DNA of 64,000 nucleotides, taken from contig OZ024756.1 of NCBI GenBank assembly GCA_964016885.1, positions 13,950,001 through 14,014,000 of the forward strand, read 5' to 3'. Both the position numbers and the translations under genes were made by a program. Each line of letters begins with the position of its first letter. Positions within the stretch are counted from its first letter, which is position 1. Below are positions 49,828 to 62,281 of this stretch, one piece after another. The notes under the pieces were generated by a model, which searched no databases, was not told the origin of the DNA, and was given only the letters and a program-made list of their open reading frames with translations. The stretch is from Eledone cirrhosa (taxonomy: Eukaryota).

Positions 49828-50173
49828 ATCATCATCATCATCATCATCGTTTTACGTCCGCTTTTCCCTGCTTGCAAGGGTGGGACGGAAACTGATTCTG
49901 GCTTGATTTCTACAGCTGGATGCCCTTCCTAACACCAACCTCATTTACAGTGAGGTGCTGGGTGCTTTTTTTCCGTGGCACCTCCACGGCCACTTTGCAG
50001 TGGAATGATAGGGACTCCAGTCCCTATCATCTCATTTCTACAGCTGAGTAAACTGGAGCAATGTGAAATAAAGTGTCTTGCTCAAGGAAACAACACATCA
50101 CCCCGTCTGAGAATTGAACTCACAACCTTTCCATTGCAATGCCAATGCTCTAACCACTGAGCCATGTGCCTCC
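49828..50173 (-). mobile_element. full-length tRNA-derived CORE-type SINE B
   Basis: Minus strand GGAGGCACATGGCTCAGTGGTTAGAGC (A-box), GAGTTCAATTC (B-box), CORE-like CCTTGAGCAAGACACTTT, RTE-derived tail with (GAT)n; flanked by (TA)n. Confidence 0.85.
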
Positions 50174-50879
50174 ATATATATATATAAACTATAATAAAGT
50201 AAGTAGCGTGGGACTGCGTACGGTTTATCATTTTTTATCCCATTAGTAAAATAAGTTGGATTACTTTAAATAAATAATTGTTTCTACGTTAGGCACAAGG
50301 CCAGAAATTACCCAGTGTATTACTGGTACTTTATTTTATCGACCCCATAAGGATGAAAGGCAAAGTAAATAAATAATGAATGAATATTACATAAGTTATC
50401 TACTAAATTTCGTGGCTGTTGATTATATTTATATTTTGTTTATTTAAAGATTCACTTCTTTAAAATTTCTGAAATGCCAACACTTCCGGTTGGCCATCGC
50501 TTAAATAAACATACTAATTTTCTGTCACTAATTTTCTCCTAATGCAGTTTATATATAATATTGTCTTTTTTAATGTATCATGGATTACGTTACTGATTAA
50601 ATAAGACAGTGTAACGCAGTCTTCGTTCAATTTCTATGTATTATATATTGTCAATTATTATTTTATTTGATGTATCATATCTACATGTATATATATATAT
50701 ATTCCTGCGTATAATATCAATATACACACTACACATGCTAGCAGAAAACCACCCGAAGGGTGGTTTTTCTGCTAGTATATATAATTAGAAATAGAAGCTT
50801 TTGCTATATTTTATACTAAAGAAATTTTAGCCTGATAGTGAGGTTTAGAACCCTCCAAGAAATGGAAAAAGATGAGTAT

Positions 50880-50927
<48 letters not shown>

Positions 50928-51681
50928 GGACAACTCCCGTCTAACCCATGCTAGCGTGGAAAATGGACGTTAAACGTAGATGATGATGATGATATATATC
51001 AGAGTCCACCTGGTTGTAGTTGGGCTGATAACATTAGAACTCAATGTGTCCTAGGAAGAATAGTTGCGGCGAAAATCCGCAGTGTGATCAGTAGTTCTTG
51101 TGGCAGGTGATGACCGCTTAAGATTTTCTCAAAGAAAATCTATCCAAGTTACAGAGTCATTTACATATATGTGTGTTTGAAAAATCAGTTTAGTACGTCT
51201 GAGGAGGACGGCCAATTTGAACGGAGTCTTTGACACTAGAAATAGGTAGTAACTTAACCATTTCCATGGTAGTCGATACATAGATCTTAACCAATCAAGC
51301 AACCCTCTGAAACAATCGTAAAACAATGATTTAACTCTCTACCAACACCTGACTTCTCCTTTTATTGTTCAATCACACACACACACACACACACATGGCT
51401 GGAACAGGTAAAAGAGTATATATATAAGTAGGCTTAATAATCAACACTTAGGGGCAGCCAACTGGGCTAGAAGCTGCTAAATGTTCGGCCGCCCTCATGT
51501 CTCTGATTTTCAGCCCCATGGATTTTGTCTATTATATTCCTTTGTTATATTTTGAATTACCTAATGTCACCGGATTCATACTGAACCCGGTCATTGAAAT
51601 GATCATAGTATAATAAACCTTTTAAGGAATTACACCAGTCCAGCCTCCTGTTATTCTATAATATATATATATATATATATA

Positions 51682-51871
51682 TAACGAAGGAAATGTGGTA
51701 AGGAACCAGGTGGACCATAACGCACCAAAGTACTCAATACTTAGGGTAGTAGAGTGGGTAATAGGAACAAGTAAGACCCCGACGGCTGAGCTCAAGCCGT
51801 TTCGACGGCTAATTCTGTACTGAATTAGCCGTCGAAACGGCTTGAGCTCAGCCGTCGGGGTCTTACTTGTT

Positions 51872-51876
<5 letters not shown>
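51682..51876 (+). repeat. hairpin-terminated dispersed element, copy 2
   Basis: Perfect 55-bp arms 51761-51815 / 51822-51876; flanked by (TA)n. Confidence 0.85.
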
Positions 51877-51923
<47 letters not shown>

Positions 51924-52211
51924 TGTCTCCATATGAGGGAATGAATTCTGTGAGAGAACATCGTTATTTTTTCTCCCTCATATCAAGAATTTGAAGACAA
52001 TTCATTTTCACCTGATGAGACCAGTGATAATCGATCAAGGCTTCACAATCGATCTATCTCTTATTGAAACATGTGTCGTTATTAAATGATTGGAATTTTA
52101 CCTTGCCTTCGGATTTTCATTTTGATATATATATATAGATATTAAGTCATGTCATATGACACACAGTGTACCTATTCAAAACCAGATACACACAGTTATA
52201 TATATATATAT

Positions 52212-52835
52212 ATACGATATTAAACAAATGGAAACTATATTTATAAAACCATATTTATTTCATTATACATATTTCAGGGATACCATATTAGAAATATGGC
52301 ATGCCTTCTTCAGACAAAATACAATATATAAGCAGTTTTATAAATAAATTTGACGTACCATGAATATTGTTCAACTTCCATTTAAAAAAGTTGGTTTGGT
52401 AGTGAAATGTTTGTAAATATTTAGTGTTAAGCACAGTTAAAAAAGAAAGACTATTTCTCTCTCCCATATCTCTCTCTGTTTTTCTTTACATACATTTATT
52501 CCTTCTCTCCGTCTTTCTTTTTTAACTGTGCTTAACACTAAATATTTACAAACATTTCACTACCAAACCAACTTTTTTAAATGGAAGTTGAACAATATTC
52601 ATGGTACGTCAAATTTATTTATAAAACTGCTTATATATTGTATTTTGTCTGAAGAAGGCATGCCATATTTCTAATATGGTATCCCCGAAATATGTATAAT
52701 GAAATAAATATGGTTTTATAAATATAGTTTCCATTTGTTTAATATCGTATATCTACTCCAAAACTTGTTGAGTGCTTTATATCAGTTATAAAATATTTAT
52801 TCGTTGTAACCCAACAATTTTAAATAAAACTTTTG
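52212..52835. mobile_element. inverted pair of Penelope-pLTR-like repeats with hammerhead cores
   Basis: Arms ~52212-52451 and 52511-52751 are near-perfect reverse complements; CTGAAGA at 52649, GAAATATGTA at 52687. Confidence 0.75.
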
Positions 52836-52893
52836 CATATATATATATATATATATATTTATATTTTTATTGTTTGTGTCTTTGTTTCCCTAG

Positions 52894-52973
52894 TCTGGCT
52901 GGATATGAGGACCTCGATCACTGTTGATAAACTGTTAGCAAACATCCCTGGCAATGACAAGGACTTCCTTAGA
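52894..52973 (+). CDS. GK: glycerol kinase exon 5
   Basis: ccctag acceptor; VWLDMRTSITVDKLLANIPGNDKDFLR; donor gtgagt. Confidence 0.93.
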
Positions 52974-53216
52974 GTGAGTAGCTTTCTTTCTTTCTTGTCA
53001 CCTCCACAGAGGTGGGCATGAATTGATTGGTGGGTCCCTCCTCCTCCCCACACAATGTAAACACTCCTTTCTTGGCCCATTCATGTAGCTGATTCAAAGA
53101 GGGAGGGAGGAGAAATCATCCCCAGTATATGACTGCTACATTATCAACCTTAGCCACCTATTCTAATCTCAGTATTGTATAACTATATTCCTGCCCATAG
53201 TCATTTATTCTGACTG

Positions 53217-54100
53217 ATCTGCCTGTCATAACATACTGTAGTGCCCTCATTATAACTGTAAACCCTGTCTATTCCAGCCCCAGTGTGGTATACCTGTCAT
53301 AACATACTGTAGTGCCCTCATTATAACTGTAAACCCTGTCTATTCCAGCTCCAGTGTGGTCTGCCTGTCACAACATATTTTAGTGCCCTCATTATAACTG
53401 TAAACCCTGTCTATTCCAGCCCCAGTGTGATCTGCCTGTCACAACATACTGTAGTGCCCTCATTATAACTGTAAACCCTGTCTATTCCAGCCCCAGTGTG
53501 GTCTGCCTGTCACAACATACTGTAGTGCCCTCATTATAACTGTAAACCCTGTCTATTCCAGCCCCAGTGTGATCTGCCTGTCACAACATACTGTAGTACC
53601 CTCATTATAACTGTAAACCCTGTCTATTCCAGCCCCAGTGTGGTCTGCCTGTCACAACATACTGTAGTGCCCTCATTATAACTGTAAACCCTGTCTATTC
53701 CAGCCCCAGTGTGATCTGCCTGTCACAACATACTGTAGTGCCCTCATTATAACTGTAAACCCTGTCTATTCCAGCCCCAGTGTGGTCTGCCTGTCACAAC
53801 ATACTGTAGTGCCCTCATTATAACTGTAAACCCTGTCTATTCCAGCCCCAGTGTGGTCTGCCTGTCAGAACATACTGTAGTGCCCTCATTATAACTGTAA
53901 ACCCTGTCTATTCCAGCCCCAGTGTGGTCTGCCTGTCACAACATACTGTAGTGCCCTCATTATAACTGTAAACCCTGTCTATTCCAGCCCCAGTGTGGTC
54001 TGCCTGTCACAACATACTGTAGTGCCCTCATTATAACTATAAACCCTGTCTATTACAGCCCCAGTGTGGTCTGCCTGTCACAACATATTTTAGTGCCCTC
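53217..54100 (+). repeat. 71-bp minisatellite spanning the GK intron 5/exon 6 junction (~12 copies)
   Basis: AG acceptors at 53277 + 71n up to 54058. Confidence 0.95.
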
Positions 54101-54196
54101 AAGATCCGTTGGTTACTTGACAATGTTCCAGAAGTAAAAACTGCCATCCAAGAAAACCGGTGCCTCTTTGGAACAGTTGACAGTTGGCTACTTTGG
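54059..54196 (+). CDS. GK: glycerol kinase exon 6
   Basis: ttacag acceptor; [46 protein letters not shown] (YFSA-K-x-W and FGT-x-DSW motifs); donor gtgagc. Confidence 0.93.
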
Positions 54197-54764
54197 GTGA
54201 GCAATTACACTTTTATTGATCTTGTATTGATCAATCAATTATTGATTTTTTTTAATTGATCTTTGTTTTATTGTCATTTTTTTTTATGTGTATTTGTTAT
54301 GAATTGAATTTGATTTAACCTGTTGACTGCTGCGTATATTTTACACAGCTACAGTTGCTGTGACAGGTTTTTTTTTCAGTAAAATGACTTATCTTTTAAA
54401 AACATTTATCAACAACACATATCTGAATGATTGACAAACATCACATCAATAAACTAGTAACCCCATCTAGCTTTGAAGTTATGAACTGGCCACTCATACT
54501 TATGTTAAGGTATTGTTCTCAAAATAAATAATATCAAAATCTCATAGATTCAATATTACCGTGAAAATATGATAGTAAATATAGAGTAATTTAAATGCTA
54601 AAGGGTTAAAGAAGAGAAACTCAAGTGTTTTCCTTATGTGGACAGTGAGTGAAAGGATGGATGTATGGATAGATATTTTAAGACTAGGGTGGGTAGATGA
54701 GACTGTCAGTCTCATATATATATATGTACATATATCACCATCATTTTTTCATTTCATTTCATTT

Positions 54765-55268
54765 CATTTTACGTCCGCTTTTCCCTGCCTGCAAGGGTGG
54801 GACGGGAACTGATTCTGGCTTGATTTCTACAGCTGGATGCCCTTCCTAACACCAACCTCATTTACAGTGAGTGCTGGGTGCTTTTTTGCCGTGGCGCCTA
54901 CATGACCACTTTGCAGTGGAATGATAGGGACCCCAGTACCTATCATCTCATTTCTACAGCTGAGTAAACTGGAGCAATGTGAAATAAAGTGTCTTGCTCA
55001 AGGAAACAACACATCACCTGGTCTGAGAATTGAACTCACAACCTTTCGATTGCAAGGCCACTGTAAAGTGGATGTGGAGGTGCCACGGCAAAAAAGCACC
55101 CAGCCCACACTGCAAAGTGGTCGTAGAGGTGCCACAGCAAAAAATCACCCAGCACTCACTGTAAATGAGGTTGGTGTTAGGAAGGGCATCCAGCTGTAGA
55201 AATCAAGCCAGAATCAGTTCCTGTCCCACCCTTGCAAGCAGGGAAAAGCGGACGTAAAATGATGATGA
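54765..55268. mobile_element. two SINE B/RTE-tail copies head-to-head (inverted repeat)
   Basis: 54765-54895 is the reverse complement of about 55130-55260. Confidence 0.75.
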
Positions 55269-55284
55269 TATATATATATATATA

Positions 55285-55500
55285 CAGGAACGAGTAGGAC
55301 CCCGACGGCTGAGCTCAAGCCGTTTCGACGGCTAATTCTGGACTAAAATAGCCGTCGAAATAGTCCAGAATTAGCCGTCGAAACAGCTTGAGCTCAGCCG
55401 TCGGGGTCCTACTCGTTCCTATTACCCACTCTACTACTCTAAGTATTGAGTACTTTGGTGCGTTATGGTCCATCTGGTTCCTTACCACTTTTCCTTCGTT
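55285..55500 (-). repeat. hairpin-terminated dispersed element, copy 3
   Basis: Arms about 55286-55345 / 55361-55420; leader on the minus strand. Confidence 0.8.
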
Positions 55501-55514
55501 ATATATATATATGA

Positions 55515-55702
55515 GGGCGGTGGATTGGCAGTATCAGTAGAGAGTCGGACGCCATGCTTTCTAGCATAGTTACGTCCCTTTACGATCTGAGTTCAAATCC
55601 CGCCGAGGTTGACTTTGCCTTTCATCCTTACGGGGTCGATAAAATAAAGTACCAGTAATACACTGAGTAATTGCTGGCCTTGTGCCTAAAGTAGAAACAG
55701 TT
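55515..55702 (+). mobile_element. tRNA-derived SINE A
   Basis: Full head, body and tail. Confidence 0.8.
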
Positions 55703-55876
55703 ATATATATATATGAGTGATTGTATATGAGTGTGAGTGTTAACTTACTAGAGTGGTGTTGAGTGTAGTATAGATAGATGAGTGTTATATAGATAGATGA
55801 GTGTTAACTTACTAGAGTGGTGTTGAGTGTTATATAGATAGATGAGTGTTAACTGGAGTGTTGTTAATCCCCACAG

Positions 55877-55986
55877 AACCTGACAGGTGGAGTGAAGGAT
55901 GGTAAACATTTGACTGATGTAACTAACGCCAGCCGTACAATGTTGATGAACATTCATGCTCTTCGTTGGGATGAAAAACTGTGTAG
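55877..55986 (+). CDS. GK: glycerol kinase exon 7
   Basis: ccacag acceptor; [36 protein letters not shown] (TDVTNASRT signature); donor gtaggt. Confidence 0.95.
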
Positions 55987-56099
55987 GTAGGTAGGACTGC
56001 TATGTCACACTTATATCTTTCTATATATCTCTGTGTAGCTGTGTGTGTGTTTGGTTTTAGACACACACTCAACTCTACATACATAGACACTCACTAAAA

Positions 56100-56745
56100 A
56101 CAAACACGACTCTACAAACACATTCAGACGCACACACAGATATGACTCTACAAACACATTCAGACAGATACACACACACACAACTCTACAAACGCATTCA
56201 GACACACACACACACACACACAACTCTACAAACACATTCAGACACACACACACACATACACACACGACTCTACAAACACATTCAGACACACACACACATG
56301 ACTCTACAAACACATTCAGACAGATACACACACACGCACAACTCTACAAACACATTCAGACAGACACACACACAAACACGACTCTACAAACACATTCAGA
56401 CCCACACACACACACACACAACTCTACAAACACACACACACACGACTCTACAAACACATTCAGACAGATACACACACACACACACACGACTCTACAAACA
56501 CATTCAGACACACACACACACACAACTCTACAAACACATTCAGACAGATACACACACACACACACGACTCTACAAACACATTCAGACACACACACACACA
56601 TGCACACACACACACACACACGACTCTATAAACACATTCAGATACACACACGCACACAACTCTACAAACACGTTCAGACCGATACACACACACACGACTC
56701 TACAAACACATTCAGACAGACACACACACACACGACTCTACAGAC
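56100..56745 (+). repeat. (CA)n-containing minisatellite
   Basis: Unit caactctacaaacacattcagac(ac)n. Confidence 0.9.
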
Positions 56746-56814
56746 ATAAATACTCATCATCATCGTTTTAATGGACGTTAAATGATAATGATGCATATGT
56801 ATGGCATGTACAGT

Positions 56815-59800
56815 TGTGTGTGCGTGTCTGAATGTATTTGTCTGTAGTGTTGAGTATGTGTGTCTGAATGTATTTGTCTGTAGTGTTTGTGTGTGTGTGT
56901 GTATACATCTGTTTGAATGTATTTGTCTGTAGTGTTGAGTATGTGTGTGTGTGTGTCTGAATGTATTTGTCTGTAGTGTTGAGTATGTGTGTCTGAATGT
57001 ATTTGTCTGTAGTGTTTGTGTGTGTGTATACATCTGTTTGAATGTATTTGTCTGTAGTGTTGAGTATGTGTGTGTGTGTGTCTGAATGTATTTGTCTGTA
57101 GTGTTGAGTATGTGTGTGTGTGTGTCTGAATGTATTCGTCTGTAGTGTTGTGTATGTGTGCATCTGTCTGAATATATTTGTCTGTAGTGGTGAGTGTGTG
57201 TGTGTGTGTATATGTGTCTGAATGTATTTGTCTGTAGAGTTGTGTGTGTATGTGTGCATCTGTCTGAAAGTATTTGTCTGTAGTTGAGTGTGTGTGTGCA
57301 TCTGTTTGAATGTATTTGTCTGTAGAGTTGAATGTGTGTGTGCGTGTGTGTGCATCTGTTTGAATGTATTTGTCTGTAGAGTTGAATGTGTGTGTGTGTG
57401 TGCATCTGTTTGAATGTATTTGTCTGTAGAGTTGAATGTGTGTGTGTGTGCATCTGTTTGAATGTATTTGTCTGTAGTTGAATGTGTGTGTGTGCATCTG
57501 TTTGAATGTATTTGTCTGTAGAGTTGTGTGTGTGTGTGCATCTGTTTGAATGTATTTGTCTGTAGAGTTGAATGTGTGTGTGTGTGCATCTGTTTGAATG
57601 TATTTGTCTGTAGAGTTGAATGTGTGTGTGCGTGCATCTGTTTGAATGTATTTGTCTGTAGAGTTGAATGTGTGTGTGTGTGCATCTGTTTGAATGTATT
57701 TGTCTGTAGAGTTGAATGTGTGTGTGTGTGTGTGTGTGTGTGCATCTGTTTGAATGTATTTGTCTGTAGAGTTGTGTGTGTGTGTGCATCTGTTTGAATG
57801 TATTTGTCTGTAGAGTTGAATGTGTGTGTGTGTGCATCTGTTTGAATGTATTTGTCTGTAGAGTTGAATGTGTGTGTGCGTGCATCTGTTTGAATGTATT
57901 TGTCTGTAGAGTTGAATGTGTGTGTGTGTGCATCTGTTTGAATGTATTTGTCTGTAGAGTTGAATGTGTGTGTGTGTGCATCTGTTTGAATGTATTTGTC
58001 TGTAGAGTTGAATGTGTGTGTGTGTGCATCTGTTTGAATGTATTTGTCTGTAGTTGAATGTGTGTGTGTGTGCATCTGTTTGAATGTATTTGTCTGTAGA
58101 GTTGAATGTGTGTGTGTGTGTGTGTGTGCATCTGTTTGAATGTATTTGTCTGTAGAGTTGAATGTGTGTGTGTGTGCATCTGTTTGAATGTATTTGTCTG
58201 TAGAGTTGAACGTGTGTGTGCGTGCATCTGTTTGAATGTATTTGTCTGTAGAGTTGAATGTGTGTGTGTGTGCATCTGTTTGAATGTATTTGTCTGTAGA
58301 GTTGAATGTGTGTGTGTGTGCATCTGTTTGAATGTATTTGTCTGTAGAGTTGTGTGTGTGTGTGCATCTGTTTGAATATATTTGTCTGTAGAGTTGAATG
58401 TGTGTGTGTGTGCATCTGTTTGAATGTATTTGTCTGTAGAGTTGAATGTGTGTGTGTGTGCATCTGTTTGAATGTATTTTGTATTTGTCTGTAGAGTTGA
58501 ATGTGTGTGTGGTGTGTGTGTGCATCTGTTTGAATGTATTTGTCTGTAGAGTTGAATGTGTGTGTGTGTGCATCTGTTTGAATGTATTTGTCTGTAGAGT
58601 TGTGTGTGTGTGTGCATCTGTTTGAATGTATTTGTCTGTAGAATTGTGTGTGTGTGTGTGCATCTGTCTGAATGTATTTGTCTGTAGAGTTGAATGTGTG
58701 TGTGTGTGCATCTGTTTGAATGTATTTGTCTGTAGTTGAATGTGTGTGTGTGTGCATCTGTTTGAATGTATTTGTCTGTAGAGTTGAATGTGTGTGTGTG
58801 TGCATCTGTTTGAATGTATTTGTCTGTAGAGTTGAATGTGTGTGTGTGTGCATCTGTTTGAATGTATTTGTCTGTAGAGTTGTGTGTGTGTGTGCATCTG
58901 TTTGAATGTATTTGTCTGTAGAGTTGAATGTGTGTGTGTGTGCATCTGTTTGAATGTATTTGTCTGTAGAGTTGAATGTGTGTGTGCGTGCATCTGTTTG
59001 AATGTATTTGTCTGTAGAGTTGAATGTGTGTGTGTGTGCAGCTGTTTGAATGTATTTGTCTGTAGAGTTGAATGTGTGTGTGTGTGCATCTGTTTGAATG
59101 TATTTGTCTGTAGAGTTGAATGTGTGTGTGTGTGCATCTGTTTGAATGTATTTGTCTGTAGTTGAATGTGTGTGTGTGTGCATCTGTTTGAATGTATTTG
59201 TCTGTAGAGTTGAATGTGTGTGTGTGCATCTGTTTGAATGTATTTGTCTGTAGAGTTGAATGTGTGTGTGTGTGCATCTGTTTGAATGTATTTGTCTGTA
59301 GAGTTGAATGTGTGTGTGCGTGCATCTGTTTGAATGTATTTGTCTGTAGAGTTGAATGTGTGTGTGTGTGTGCATCTGTTTGAATGTATTTGTCTGTAGA
59401 GTTGAATGTGTGTGTGTGTGCATCTGTTTGAATGTATTTGTCTGTAGAGTTGTGTGTGTGTGTGCATCTGTTTGAATATATTTGTCTGTAGAGTTGAATG
59501 TGTGTGTGTGTGCATCTGTTTGAATGTATTTGTCTGTAGAGTTGAATGTGTGTGTGTGTGCATCTGTTTGAATGTATTTGTCTGTAGAGTTGTGTGTGTG
59601 TGTGCATCTGTTTGAATGTATTTGTCTGTAGAATTGTGTGTGTGTGTGTGTGTGCATCTGTCTGAATGTATTTGTCTGTAGAGTTGAATGTGTGTGTGTG
59701 TGCATCTGTTTGAATGTATTTGTCTGTAGTTGAATGTGTGTGTGTGTGCATCTGTTTGAATGTATTTGTCTGTAGAGTTGAATGTGTGTGTGTGTGTGTG

Positions 59801-60433
59801 TGTGCATCTGTTTGAATGTATTTGTCTGTAGAGTTGAATGTGTGTGTGTGTGCATCTGTTTGAATGTATTTGTCTGTAGAGTTGAATGTGTGTGTGCGTG
59901 CATCTGTTTGAATGTATTTGTCTGTAGAGTTGAATGTGTGTGTGTGTGCATCTGTTTGAATGTATTTGTCTGTAGAGTTGAATGTGTGTGTGTGTGCATC
60001 TGTTTGAATGTATTTGTCTGTAGAGTTGTGTGTGTGTGTGCATCTGTTTGAATATATTTGTCTGTAGAGTTGAATGTGTGTGTGTGTGCATCTGTTTGAA
60101 TGTATTTGTCTGTAGAGTTGAATGTGTGTGTGTGTGCATCTGTTTGAATGTATTTGTCTGTAGAGTTGTGTGTGTGTGTGCATCTGTTTGAATGTATTTG
60201 TCTGTAGAGTTGTGTGTGTGTGTGCATCTGTTTGAATGTATTTGTCTGTAGAGTTGTGTGTGTGTGTGCATCTGTTTGAATGTATTTGTCTGTAGAGTTG
60301 TGTGTGTGTGTGCATCTGTTTGAATGTATTTGTCTGTAGAGTTGTGTGTGTGTGTACATCTGTTTGAATGTATTTGTCTGTAGAGTTGTGTGTGTGTGTG
60401 CATTTGTTTGAATGTATTTGTCTGTAGAGTTGA

Positions 60434-60464
<31 letters not shown>

Positions 60465-61210
60465 TCTGTTTGAATGTATTTGTCTGTAGAGTTGAATGTG
60501 TGTGTGTGTGCATCTGTTTGAATGTATTTGTCTGTAGAGTTGTGTGTGTGTGTGCATCTGTTTGAATGTATTTGTCTGTAGAGTTGTGTGTGTGTGTGTG
60601 TGTGTGTGCATCTGTTTGAATGTATTTGTCTGTAGAGTTGTGTGTGTGTGTGCATCTGTTTGAATGTATTTGTCTGTAGAGTTGTGTGTGTGTGTGCATC
60701 TGTTTGAATGTATTTGTCTGTAGAGTTGTGTGTGTGTGTGTGTGCATCTGTTTGAATGTATTTGTCTGTAGAGTTGTGTGTGTGTGTGCATCTGTTTGAA
60801 TGTATTTGTCTGTAGAGTTGTGTGTGTGTGTGCATCTGTTTGAATGTATTTGTCTGTAGAGTTGTGTGTGTGTGTACATCTGTTTGAATGTATTTGTCTG
60901 TAGAGTTGTGTGTGTGTGTGCATTTGTTTGAATGTATTTGTCTGTAGAGTTGAATGTGTGTGTGTGTGTGTGTGTGTGTGCATCTGTTTGAATGTATTTG
61001 TCTGTAGAGTTGAATGTGTGTGTGTGTGCATCTGTTTGAATGTATTTGTCTGTAGAGTTGTGTGTGTGTGTGCATCTGTTTGAATGTATTTGTCTGTAGA
61101 GTTGTGTGTGTGTGTGCATCTGTTTGAATGTATTTGTCTGTAGAGTTGAATGTGTGTGTGTGCATTTGTTTGAATGTATTTGTCTGTAGAGTTGTGTGTG
61201 TGTGTGTGTT
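56815..61210 (-). repeat. 4.4-kb (TG)n-containing minisatellite (~43-50-bp units)
   Basis: Unit catctgtttgaatgtatttgtctgtagagttgaa(tg)n. Confidence 0.95.
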
Positions 61211-61211
61211 G

Positions 61212-61492
61212 CAATTAAATGGCTGCTCCGATAGCAGTCAACAGGGATGTGATCCGGGAGCCAAGAGCGACAAAGGTCTCCACTGCGACAGGTTCTACCA
61301 CAAACTTATCCGAGAGCGGCCAATAGGTGGACAGTTTGCCCTGTTCGGCCTGGCGGCCAGCAGAGCCTGGGCTGGTAGCCAAATGCACCAGATTTCCACT
61401 AGGGGTGTCACAGCATGTAGCATCCCGGATGAGGGGTCTACTTCCAGGGAATGGGTAGATTGTCAAGCAGTCTGGTCTTTTGCCATCCCCTA
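61212..61492 (-). mobile_element. CRE-like non-LTR retrotransposon fragment (restriction-like endonuclease domain)
   Basis: DGKRPDCLTIYPF...LIRDATCCDT...AE..K..Y...PVAVET matches the RPD...D...K...P-x-A-V-E RLE pattern of CRE-clade ORFs. Confidence 0.65.
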
Positions 61493-61607
61493 TCTGTGTA
61501 TCTGTGTGTGCAGATTTGAGTGAAATCAAACCCCTACACCACCACCACCATCATCATCATTGGTACCACCAGTGCCATATCATTCCAACCCCATTATTAT
61601 TGTTGCT

Positions 61608-61795
61608 GTGGAATTAGCTGTATAGGTAGAGCATCAGACACCATGCTTCGTAGCACAGAGTTACGGCCCTTTATGTTCTGAGTTCAAAATCCTGCCGAGG
61701 TTAGCTTTGCCTTTCATCTTTACGGGGTCGATTTAGTTGACTTTCCCCTTCCCCTTCATATTGCTGGCTTTGTGCCTGTAGTAGAAACAATTATT
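61608..61795 (+). mobile_element. SINE A variant
   Basis: B-box gagttcaaaatcc, body, tail gtagaaacaattat. Confidence 0.7.
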
Positions 61796-61819
61796 GTTGC
61801 TGTTATTGCAGCAGTTCCC

Positions 61820-62266
61820 TATGTTGTAAATACCACCCTTGTACCCTAATGTAAACACCACTGTGCCCAAATGTAAACACTACCCTTGTACTCTAATGTT
61901 GTAGTAAACACCACTGTACCCTAATGTAAACACTACCCCATGTACTCTAATGTTATAAACACCACCACTGACTGTACTCTAATGGTGCATACACCACCAC
62001 TGTACTCTAATGTTGCAAACACCACCGCTGTACTCTAACTTTGTAAACGCCACCACTGTACTCTAATGCAAACGCCATCACCACTGTACTCTAATTTAGT
62101 AAACACTGCCACTGTACTCTAATGCCGTAAACATCACCACGGTACTCTAATGGTGTAAGCGCCACCACTGTACCCTAATGTAAACACAACTGTTACACTC
62201 TAATTTAGTAAACACCACCACCACTGTACTCTAATGTTATAAACAACACCACTGCACTCTAATGTT
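61820..62266. repeat. ~25-30-bp degenerate minisatellite abutting the GK exon 8 acceptor
   Basis: Unit gtaaacaccaccactgtactctaat(gtt). Confidence 0.85.
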
Positions 62267-62281
62267 GTTTTCCAATTCCAG

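Noticed and set aside
50095-50173. tRNA gene (also SINE A heads)
   Set aside because: A/B boxes are present but there is no complete cloverleaf and the sequence continues into SINE body and tail
51000-51660. Possible solo LTR (TATA-like and AATAAA motifs between TA tracts)
   Set aside because: No TG...CA ends, TSD or second copy identifiable by eye
56674-61214. Three ~1470-aa His/Thr-rich ORFs
   Set aside because: All three minus frames are open only because the satellite unit lacks stops on that strand
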